Positions 9,751 to 19,500 of a stretch of DNA of 25,000 bases are shown here, piece by piece. Both the position numbers and the translations under genes were made by a program. The stretch spans positions 1 to 25,000 of the forward strand of contig JAKLZA010000058.1 of the NCBI GenBank assembly GCA_030704615.1, in the 5' to 3' direction. The notes under the pieces were generated by a model. The model ran no database searches. It worked only from the letters and a program-made list of their open reading frames with translations, and was not told where the DNA came from. Position 1 is the first letter of the stretch, and every line of letters begins with the position of its first letter. The stretch is from Takakia lepidozioides (taxonomy: Eukaryota; Plantae; Bryophyta).

Positions 9751-12700
9751 TTGCCCAATGGGAAGGGATTCAATATCAAAGGTACTAGAGCTCTTCCCAA
9801 TGTACTTGTCTTGTCAGCTATTCAGATGAAGAGGAGAAATGCTCAGCTTTTTACTGTTAGCTTGCATGAGGTCTTGGAAACAAATCAGGGAGAAGAGAAG
9901 TCACATCCTAGACTTGGCCTAATCCTGAATGAATATAAAGATATGTTTCTTGATGAGATCCCTGGGATGCCCCCTGAACGGGAGGTTGATCATGCTATCG
10001 AGTTGATGTCAGATGTTGTACCGGTTGCAAGGGCACCATACAGGCATTCAATTGCAGAAAGTGAAGAGTTAGAAAGGCAATTGAATGACCTGTTGGAAAA
10101 GGGGTATATACGTCCAAGTAAATCCCCTTGGGGTGCCCCTGTAATGTTTAAGAAGAAGAAAGACGGGACTTTGAGACTGTGTGTGGACTATAGATGGTTG
10201 AATAAGGTCACCATCAAGAATAAGTTTCATTTGCCTCGTGTGGACGATTTGTTTGACTATCTATATGGGAGTCAGGTTTTTTCAAAACTTGATCTTCGGT
10301 CTGGATATCATCAGATACTGATCAAAGAATTCTAACATACCAAAGACAGGATTTCGATCTCGTTTTGGTCATTACGAATTCTTGGTGATGCCATTTGGGC
10401 TCACGAATGCTCCAGCAACATTTACTCATCTGATGAATTCTCTGTTCCAGAAATATTTGGGGAAGATGGCCCTAGTCTACATGGATGATATACTAATATA
10501 CTCGAAGTCTGAAAAAGAACATGAACAACATTTACGCTTGGTCTTAGACATACTGAGAGAGAACCACCTGTTTGCTAAGAGAAGCAAGCGTGAGTTCTTT
10601 GTAGACCACATGGATTACTTGGGATTTTGCATCTCCAAAGGTGGAATCTCAATTGATCCTAAGAAAGTCCAGACAGTGGTTGAATGGCCTAAACCAAGTG
10701 ATAAGACTGAGGCCATGAGCTTTATTGGGTTTGTTAGCTTCCTACGGAAGTTTGTCAAATCTTTTTCACAGATTGCAGCCCCATTGACTGACCTGCTTAA
10801 GGACTCGAGTCCTGTAAGCTTGAGGGACGTCTGGACAAGAGAATGTGATAACAATTTCGAGAAATTGAAGTTTGCCTTGACACATGCTCATGTACTGAGA
10901 TTGCTCGACCCTACGAAGGGAGCAATTGTACTGTGTACCGATGCAAGTGATCTTACTATTGGGGCTGTGCTGATGCAAGATGGGCAAGTGATTGCCTACG
11001 AATCTCGAAAGATCAGTCCAGCGGAAAAGAATTACCCAACTCATGAAAAAGAACTGTTGGCAATAGTTCATGCTCTGAAGATATGGAGGCATTACATGCT
11101 TCCAATTGATTTTGTGATAGAGATTGACCATCAGAGTTTGAAATACTTGACCACACAACCTCATTTGAGTCAGAGGCAGATTAGGTGGTCAGAACTGCTT
11201 CAGCAGTTCCATTATGACCTAAAGTATGTCAAGGGGAGAGAGAATGTGATTGCTGATGCACTTTCTAGGATCTTGTCTCATGCATCAGTAGCACTATATT
11301 TCAAGACATTAAAGGTCAGTATGAGGTCGATGAATTCTTCAAAGAGCCATTCAAGAGTTTGTCTAGTGACCAAAGAACTTCTATTGAGAAAGAGAAGTAC
11401 CGGCCATACCTCTTGAGAGATGGGGTGTTATTTTATAATGGTCGGCTGTGTGTTCCCCTGATTCCAGACTTGAGATTGCGGATTATTCATGACAGTCACA
11501 ATATTCCAATCTCTGGACACCCGAGCTTTCAGAGAACCTATTGGTCAATACGGAAGCACTATTTTTGGCCAGGTATGAAAGAGAGAAATTAAAGAGTATG
11601 TGCAGAGATGTTTCCCATGTCAGGTTTCGAAGTCAGAGAGAGTCAGACCTCCTGGATTATTACAACCTTTATCTGTTCCTGGATGGAATTGGGAATCCAT
11701 TAGCATGGATTTCATTGTGGCATTGCCCAGGACCAGAAATGGCCATGACAGTATCATGGTGGTTGTAGATAGGCTGTCTAAGATAGCCCACTTGATACCT
11801 ACAAGGATGAGTGCTACGGCATCTGATGTTGCATCCTTGTACATGAAAGAGATATTCAGGATCCATGGTTTGCCTCGGGAGATTATTTGTGACAGGAACT
11901 CAAAGTTTACAAGTCATTTTTGGATTGACTTGTTCAAGAAATTGGGAACCAAGGTGAAACTGAATACGGCCTTTCACCCAGAAACAAATGCTCAAACAAA
12001 AAGGACCAACCGTACAATAGAAGATATGTTGAGGATGTACGTTGGTGAAAGATAGTCCTCTTGGGAACAATATCTGTATATGGTGGAATTTGCTTATAAC
12101 AAGCATTTCCAAAGTGCCATTGACATGAGCCCATTTGAAGCTTTATATGGACGAGATTGCTTGGCTCCTGCTTCACTTATTACACCACCATCAAATGTGC
12201 AGAATGTGAATGACAGAATCAAAGAGATCAAATCTGTCCTCGAACTGGTGAAGCGTAGTATGCAGGCTGCACAAGAACGGGCCAAGTTCTTTGCTAATAA
12301 GCACAGGATTTTTCGTGAATTTGCCATTGGTGATATGGTGTTTTTGAAAGTTACACCTAAAAGAAGCAATCTAATACTGGGCAAGTGTTATAATTTGTCA
12401 CCAAGGTTTTGTGGCCCGTTTAAAATCCTGGAACGCCATGGCACAGTGGCCTATGAGTTGGATCTGCCTCCAACATGGAAGATCCATAAAACTTTCCATG
12501 TCAGCCTTCTCCGGAGGTATATGTCAGACCCATCACACATCTTGCCGACGTTGCCTCAATCCATGAATGATGGTCAGCTGATGGCTGAACCCGAAAAGAT
12601 TCTAGAAACGCGAGTGAAGCACCTGCGCAACCGTTCTTGGAAAGAACATTTGATTAAGTGGTTGCATTACCCAGAGACAGAAGCTACTTGGGAGAAGGAA

Positions 12701-12778
12701 AATGAATTGACATTGAGTTACCCCTCATTTTCTGTCATTGAGGACAATGACCTGTCTTTGGGAGGGGGAATTTGTTAG
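9751..12778 (+). pseudogene. Gypsy pol remainder: reverse transcriptase, RNase H, integrase, chromodomain (disrupted)
   Basis: RT: [33 protein letters not shown]. RNase H: TDASD, EKELLA, ADALSR. Integrase: H..H/CFPC zinc finger, SMDF, ICDR, with the catalytic E position reading K (QTKRTN), and GPF motif. Chromodomain: PEKIL..LRNR..LIKW..EATWE. Disruptions near 10333, 11270, 11585 and 12053. Confidence 0.97.
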
Positions 12779-13076
12779 GTGCCAGGAACGAAGATCGACC
12801 TGTCAACCAGTTTGGAATAACAAGAGACTGCTAGAATATCGCCGAACTGACAGTTGCAGGTAAAATGGAGCAGACTCGCGTGCATGAAGAGATCCAGGAC
12901 TAGGGATTTTGGAGGAGTGCTTGAAGATGGCAAGAGGGTTGAAGAGAGGATGATGGTGTACAGGCGTCTAGAGCACATCTGCATCGACATGAAATCTGTA
13001 TGTAGCACAATGTGGTGGCTGGGTGGACCGGCTGTTGTAGCCGGTGCTGTGCTTTTAGAGTGTAGGTTGATGTTGG
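12773..13076 (+). repeat. 3' LTR, truncated
   Basis: Starts TG two bases after the PPT. Similarity to the 5' LTR ends at gatgttgg (13076) with no terminal CA and no copy of the upstream 5-mer AGCTA. Confidence 0.9.
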
Positions 13077-13414
13077 AATAGTTGTCACTGGCCTTTGGTG
13101 CCTTGCAGCGGCAGGGACTGTGATTTCTCCTTTGTATAGAGAAAAAGTGTAAATCCTATGACTTAGGCTTCATCAGGTGTTGATTTGAAGAGTGACAATG
13201 CAGATTTGATTCTAATTACTGTTTGGGACAAGAAAGATCTGCTTAAGGCTTGTGAATACACTTCCGTGAAGAACAGGGGTGAACGATCGTTGGACTGGTG
13301 TGGTCTCTGTTACGGTTTGAGTTAATGAACCGTGACTGAATAAAAGAAGATGGTCACATGAGTCCATATTGACGCTGATTCAAGCAAGCAGATTTCTTGG
13401 GATCCTGATAGATT

Positions 13415-13758
13415 CCCTATGAACGGCAAGATAAGCAAAAGGGCCTGAATTTGTTTTGTAGTTGGACTGAGGAAAGAGAGTCAGATCCTTTTCAAGCTAA
13501 CATGGTAAGAACCAGTAAGAACAGGTCGAGCCAGCTCAACTCTGATGTCTAGCATCTCTTTTTGCATGAGCTCATGAACGGCCTTAAGGCCCTTAAGGCC
13601 CTTGGCCCTTTTCGGCCCAATTTGTTGGCCTCGGCCAGAAAGCAATAGATCTTCACAGCATAGCGCCGAGTCCTGCCACTACCCTCTATACACTTGTCTG
13701 AAAAGCGAGGCTGTCCACAGCCCAGATAGATCAGCGAAAAGCTCCACGCCTCTGACAT
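13415..13758 (-). pseudogene. Decayed protein kinase N-lobe fragment
   Basis: In order, across frameshifts: YLGCG (13714-13728), QVYRG*WQ, YAVKIY (near 13645-13662), VELARPVLTG and LLLILPFIG (13415-13441), matching subdomains I-V. No catalytic loop (HxD/DFG) found downstream. Confidence 0.5.
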
Positions 13759-14195
13759 GACCTACGTCGGTCAGAAGCTACAACATGGTAGTTGAAGCTC
13801 TGGAAATTAACATACGGGAGGAGGATTACTCTACTTGTGGTTATTACTAACCACTGATATTAAGACATGGCACCCAGGAACCAATCTGCAAGTATGAGTG
13901 TTCCGGAATGATTCCCTTTGGCCATCAGCTAATATATAAATCAGCCGACACCCATAAGCTGTCCGTGGTTAGTAAACTCATCATGGTCATTATGGAGACA
14001 GTGGGTTGTAAGAAGAGGCCATGAAATTTCGGTAGCAGTCCCCTGCTGAGGTGGTCGGTGGACTACCTATTACGACCACATGTACTAATCTGAATTCGGC
14101 GCCGCTGCATGCTGCACCGGCGCCCTTGAAGGCTGCTCTGTCGTCTTCCTTTTTTCTGCATCCTCTCAGACAAGCGGGCCAGCTTCTCGCCACAA

Positions 14196-14236
14196 GAGCT
14201 TCCAAAGCTTCCGAGCTTCCGAGCTTCCGAGCTTCC
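14196..14236. repeat. Minisatellite (GAGCTTCC) x5
   Basis: gagcttcc aaagcttcc gagcttcc gagcttcc gagcttcc; a further copy at 14270-14277. Confidence 0.9.
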
Positions 14237-14554
14237 AAGCCCTTGTGGGACCTTCCGACTGCTAGCGGTGAGCTTCCCAACAGCATCGATCCGGATGTTA
14301 CAATGCGGTGTCGGATCGATCCTCCTTCATCCACACCCAACACCGTTCATCCAAAATAACGACTGCACTTGATATTATTGTTAATGTCGCAGCCATTAAA
14401 TAGCTAATTACATGCTTGAATATTTAATTACCATAATCCGAAATGATTGAATCTTAATGGTATTCTGTCGTTAGCTATTTTAATGTTCACTGTACAATGA
14501 GTGAGTCCTTTCACTGAAAAACTGAAAGATTGAGGAAAAGAAAAGGAAATTAAA

Positions 14555-14607
14555 CACTCGCAGTCGGTAGCACACATCGTGTGATTCTGGGTTCAAATCC
14601 TGCTACC
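14555..14607 (+). other. tRNA-derived remnant (SINE head or degenerate tRNA)
   Basis: A-box-like CGCAGTCGGTAGC (14559-14571) and consensus B box GGTTCAAATCC (14590-14600). Spacing is too short for an anticodon arm and no acceptor stem forms. Confidence 0.35.
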
Positions 14608-14774
14608 TTTTCGGGCTTGGTATTGTGGGGCTCAATCTCCTACGTCCCTCGATGGCTTATACGACGCGTGGATAGTTTTTCCCATCAGCCTGTTTCCATT
14701 TATAAGTAAACAAAATAATAAATAAATAAATATGTAATAGAAAAAATCAAAGTGCCCTAAAATGGTGGGAGAAT

Positions 14775-15215
14775 CACGAGGAGAGCGGATGGCGACACAG
14801 TCGACGGGCTGCGCACCGGGTGACCCGGGAAAACCGGCGCGGCGGCGGAGGGCGGGGCCGGTTCGCCCGGCCTGCGCACGCCACTGACGCCTCCGCAGCG
14901 CACCGGCCAAAGCTGGCGCCGGTCGCGATCTGACGGGTTGCAGCCAGAGACCGTCGGATGGCGGTGACGTGCCGGTGGGCACATGGCGACACTAGTCGAC
15001 ATTCTCTGTACCGTTGCTTCCGTTATTACTGCTCCGGGAAACATTCCCCGCAATTTGCCGGACTGCATGCAAGTCACGTCCCCTGGATGGATGACGACAT
15101 TTATCGTATTTTCCTTCGTATGTCATCCGTGTGGGAAGGGATGAATGCCCGGGCGGGTTAACCTAATGAGGATGAGGGATGAAGGGCGGGAGCGCGGCAC
15201 CAAAGAGTATAAAGG
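14775..15215 (+). promoter_or_regulatory. CpG-rich promoter region of the prolyl oligopeptidase gene
   Basis: Very GC- and CpG-rich block directly upstream of exon 15216-15362. GGCGGG motifs near 14851 and 15185; direct repeat ATGGCGACAC(T)AGTCGAC at 14789 and 14983; TATAAA at 15208-15213. Confidence 0.5.
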
Positions 15216-16591
15216 ATGGGTCGTCTGCTGCTGCGTGCCACGCCGGCCTCGCTTTGTTTCTGCTCTGCGCGCCCATTGCTCTCGGCTGGCCAACACAGGT
15301 CTGCATTCCTGCCTTGCAATCGTGCCGGGTCGGTAGGCGCGGGAAGATCAGGTACACGACAGGTGAGAAGAAACATAAAGTATTCTGGTACCTTTCGGAA
15401 AGAGAGTGGAATTGTTGGAGGGGAGGTTGGTTGTAAGTTGTAACAGTTGCGGAATACTGAGAGGAAAAAGGAAGGGAGATAGAAGTGGGAGAGGGAGAGG
15501 GATTGGTCGAGGAGGGAAGAGAGTGTGGGGAGGATAAAATAGTCTGTTTGTGCTTGCCTTCTCTGAGTAGCCGAAGTGGTTGTTTTTCGAGGCCAGAGTG
15601 TGATAATTGCGGGGAATGAGGGAAGATTTTCTTGTGGTCATTTAAAAGAACAACAAAGGGGAGCGGAATGGATTTGGAGGTTCGCAAGAGAATTTTTGTA
15701 AGGGAAGAGAGGAAATAGTGGTTTGGAGTGCAGTGAGGGTAGATTTGGAGGAGCAGTGTAGCATAGTCAGTGAGATTTGTAGGGGCAGAGAAGAGAATGT
15801 GAAAAGATCCTTTTCCTTTTGATCTTCAAGCGGCGATGGCATTGTGAAGTATAGGAGGCAGAAGGAGAGAGAGTCTTAGCATGTATTGTAGAAGGAGGTA
15901 CTCCATATTTTTTCCAGCATTGCGCAGTTACAGCATTGCGCAGTTACAGGAGGAAGGGAGTATTCTTGTGTTTCTTAGCGTTGAGAAGAGAGAAAAGCCA
16001 GTGCATTTTGGAGGGAGACAAGGGTCTGTAATCTCTGTACGTCTCTTATATTCTCTTATTATTGTTTTTGCACCCAAACTTTTGATAAGATTCTTTCCTT
16101 TTATTTTTTTGGCTCTCAAGGGTGGATTCATGCATTTCTTCTTCTCCAATCTTCTGCGCGCACACCTGTCTTCTTTTTTCTCTGAACTATATCCTGTTTC
16201 TTCTGAGTTCGGTGCACTGTTTCTTTGTGTCACAGTCGTCCCTTATCTCCATGTGGCGGTGTATATTTTTGTTAGCTGACTAGCGCACAGTGAGCGGTTT
16301 AACCTGTTCCACGTCCTTGACCGTAATGTCAGATTACGTTTAACAAGTGCGTACATGTTATTGCCCAGAAAAGACAAAGCATTTTTGCAGCATAGAGAGG
16401 AGAGAGGTGCAACCATTTTCAAATAAAGGCATTGCCACACTTTAGTGGATAGTTGCACAGGGTCGTTCTCCCCAGCTCTCTCAAATCTGGCCCGGGATCG
16501 CTCAACTTCTATCTCATTACGAAGTGGTCAATTTTCGCTTTCATTGCAGAAGAATCGGAAGGTGAGATCAATACTCAGCAAGTTCTCAACT
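15216..16591 (+). CDS. Putative 63-aa organelle-targeting extension of the oligopeptidase (exon 15216-15362 spliced to 16550-16591)
   Basis: The ATG at 15216 (aggATGG) gives 49 codons ending CAG|gtgag in phase 0. The acceptor attttcgctttcattgcag|AAG at 16550 is in phase 0 and in frame with the ATG at 16592. The peptide has 9 Arg, 3 Lys and no Asp or Glu. Confidence 0.6.
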
Positions 16592-19500
16592 ATGGGATCG
16601 TTGCCGGAGGTGGAAGTGGATCGGCTACAGTATCCTAAGGTTCGACGGGATGAATCCGTGGTCGAAAAACTTCACGGAGTTGAAATTTCGGACCCTTATC
16701 GCTGGTACGACTTTCTTTCATCTCCGACTGTTGCTTTCTTTTCTGTCTTTACTGGGGCCACAGCTTTGGCTTGCACTCCTTCAGATGGATGGCATTACTT
16801 AGGCGAAGCTGGTACGGAGGAGGGATGCTACTATATTTCAATTTCGCTTTTGGATGCAAATTTCGCCTTTCTACCTCCCGCCTCCAATTTCTGCCTCTTG
16901 GTCTGTAACTTGTGGATGGCCAATTGATTTTTTCACTTTATTTTTTAATAGCATACATATAAATCTTCCTCATGGAAGTAAAGTCCGCCATGAACTGATT
17001 TATTGCGTTTCAACTAACTTAAGTGGACCCTCAAAGTGGACCCTCTCTTCCGAGCATTTTGACCCAGCTGAGGATCAGATGCGTTTCCTGCTGCCTTCAC
17101 ACCAGCATTCGTCTGTTAGGCGCTATTTTTGGGGCCACGCCATCTCCCTTCTTCGCAATGAGTTGGCACCCGCAACATGAACAGTCATAGTATTACGATG
17201 TGATTAAAGTGTATTACGATGAGAATATCTGGTACCGAACATTTTAATTGTAGAACATTTGAATGGGAGCATCAGCATCCTTTTTTGCACCAGTCATGTG
17301 AACAAAATCAACTGCAATGTCAATGAGCCTCCTTGTGGCTCATCGATGGGTTGTTTTCTACTTACTCATACAGCAATGAAAGTAGCTTTGTGAATGACTG
17401 ATTTGGAGATATAATCATGTTGATCATCAATTTCTCCAGAATTGTGTGATATCATTTTTTGTACATCATAGTTGGAACAGATATATCCAATTGTCAAAGG
17501 GATGATTAATACCAACTGCTGTGAATGCTCAATGAGAGGCCTTTAGTAGTGATTATCCATGATAGAGTCGTAATTATCCAGGCAAGGTTGACACCATGGT
17601 CACTTGTAGAGAGAAGTGACAAAGGGCAGGGCCTGGCAGGTTGGAGGATCCTGAGGCTAAAGAGGTGCAAGAATTTGTGGAACAGCAAGTGCAGCTCACC
17701 AACAGTGTGTTGGAGAAATGTGAGACCCGTGATAATCTGAGGAAGACTATTACTGCCCTGTATGACTTCCCCCGATATAGGTGCCCATTCAAGCGTGGCA
17801 ATCGCTTTGTTTATGCCCACAACTCTGGATTGCAAGCCCAAGATGTGCTTTATATCCAGGTACCTAATTTCCTTGGAGGGAAAAAGGAGGGAGTAGAATA
17901 AGCCCTTTGGTTTTATTTTGTTTTCATATGAGTATGCTTTAAACTATTCTTTAGTTGAAGTCTAGAGTACTCTCAACAAGTTTCTTCAGCTGTACTCTCA
18001 ACAGCCAACATGCAATTGAATCCATCTCGAGTGAGTTGGCTGTCACTGGGAGTTGAAAAAAAAACTCTTGACCCTCAGAAGGATGTGGCTGTCTCTGTCT
18101 TCAGGACACGGTGGATGCGGATGCAGAAGTGCTGCTGGACCCAAACACATTGAGCGAGGACGGCACTGTGGCTCTTGCCACAAAGAGGTTCAGTAAGGAT
18201 GCACAATACATGGCCTATGGTCTGAGTGCAAGTGGGAGTGACTGGATCACCATCAAAGTGATGAGTGTAGCTGATAGAGCCATACTACCGGACACACTCT
18301 CATGGGTGAGGTTGTACTGTACCCTTTTGCTTCTGCATGTCCCCTGTGGCCCTCTGACTTTGACTGTCTGCTCATTTCCTAGGTTCCCCAATTACGTGTG
18401 ACAGAATTATATGACAGGACACCCTCTAACGGGTGAGATTGTGCTGTAGCCCTGCCCTTCTAATGTCTAGAGTTGTATCTCAAAAATCTACCTAGTCCTG
18501 TGTGTGATTCTCCAAAATTAGCTCTGGATGTGTTATTGATGGTGTCAATCATGGCTGCACAGGCGAAATTCTCATCCATTGCATGGACGCATGACAACAA
18601 AGGATTTTTCTATAACCGCTTTCCGGAGCCCAAGTATGTACTCCTCTGAACATCAGAATTTTTAATGCTTGATTTCAAAACAGTTGCTCAATTGAGGATA
18701 ACATCTCAGATCCCAACACTTTGATTTCCAAGTACTAGTCAGTGGGTTATTTCAGTATATTCACAAGTCTGAATTTACTCCTCAAATGCAATACATACGA
18801 CTGCACATATTCATACTTCACTTACTAAATTTCTACACAAATGTAAGCACACACTACTGTGCACATGCTTACAGCAGTGAGAATGGGGCAGAGTAAGCTT
18901 TTCGAGGGCTTCTGAATGAACTGTGATGAAGTTGTTTCTTGATGAGATGGAGTCCCTTATTTGTCATCTGCATGTGTGGCAGGAAGAAAGAGGGTGTAGA
19001 TGCAGGAACTGAAACAGACAAAAATCTTTACCATGAACTCTACTACCATTTCCTGGGCACCGACCAATCTGAAGATGTCTTGTGTTGGAGGGATTCAGAG
19101 CACAGCGAGTGGTTAACTGCAGCAGAAATCACTGATGATGGCCAGGTTTCTTCTCAATTTTGTTTCTCTTGCACAAGAGTTGATGTATGGGGTCTCTCAA
19201 CATTTTGAAAAATTATAATTAACTTCATTTTTACAGGTATATCCTACTACTGGAGCAAGCATTCCACGGTGGTAGTGGCCTCCATTCTGCTCTCCTTCCG
19301 TCCTCTCCCCCTCTCTCCCTCTTTCCTGCTCAGTCCAAGCGAGGGGTGTCTCTGACCACAAGGCTACAGCAAGCAAAGGACTAATGAGTACATTCCCTTC
19401 CTCTCTCCCTCCACCCTCAGTGCCACTTTTCTCTGGTTTTGTATCCATTTCAATCAGTCATATTCTCATCTCTCTTTGTATGGTGGCAGTATCTAGTGCT

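Larger units (their letters stand above)
6938..13076 (+). mobile_element. Ty3/gypsy LTR retrotransposon, chromovirus type, inactive, with truncated LTRs and two nested insertions
   Basis: Domain order gag, CCHC, protease, RT, RNase H, integrase, chromodomain. Direct repeats starting TGTTAGGTGCCAGG at 6938 and 12773. Polypurine tract GGGAGGGGGAA at 12760-12770. Confidence 0.97.

Noticed and set aside
10615-12384. Antisense ORFs within pol
   Set aside because: Shadow frames of the retroelement coding strand with no recognisable motifs.
13170-13330. Plus-strand open stretch (GVDLKSDNADLILITVWD...) as the continuation of the gene interrupted at 6937
   Set aside because: No TSD links the flanks and no motif was recognised; the adjacent sequence is better read as a minus-strand kinase remnant.
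14632-15687. Multiple overlapping ORFs in the GC-rich block and the purine-rich intron
   Set aside because: Expected from stop-codon scarcity in GC-rich or low-complexity DNA. Only the 15216 frame has a matching donor and acceptor together with a presequence-like composition.
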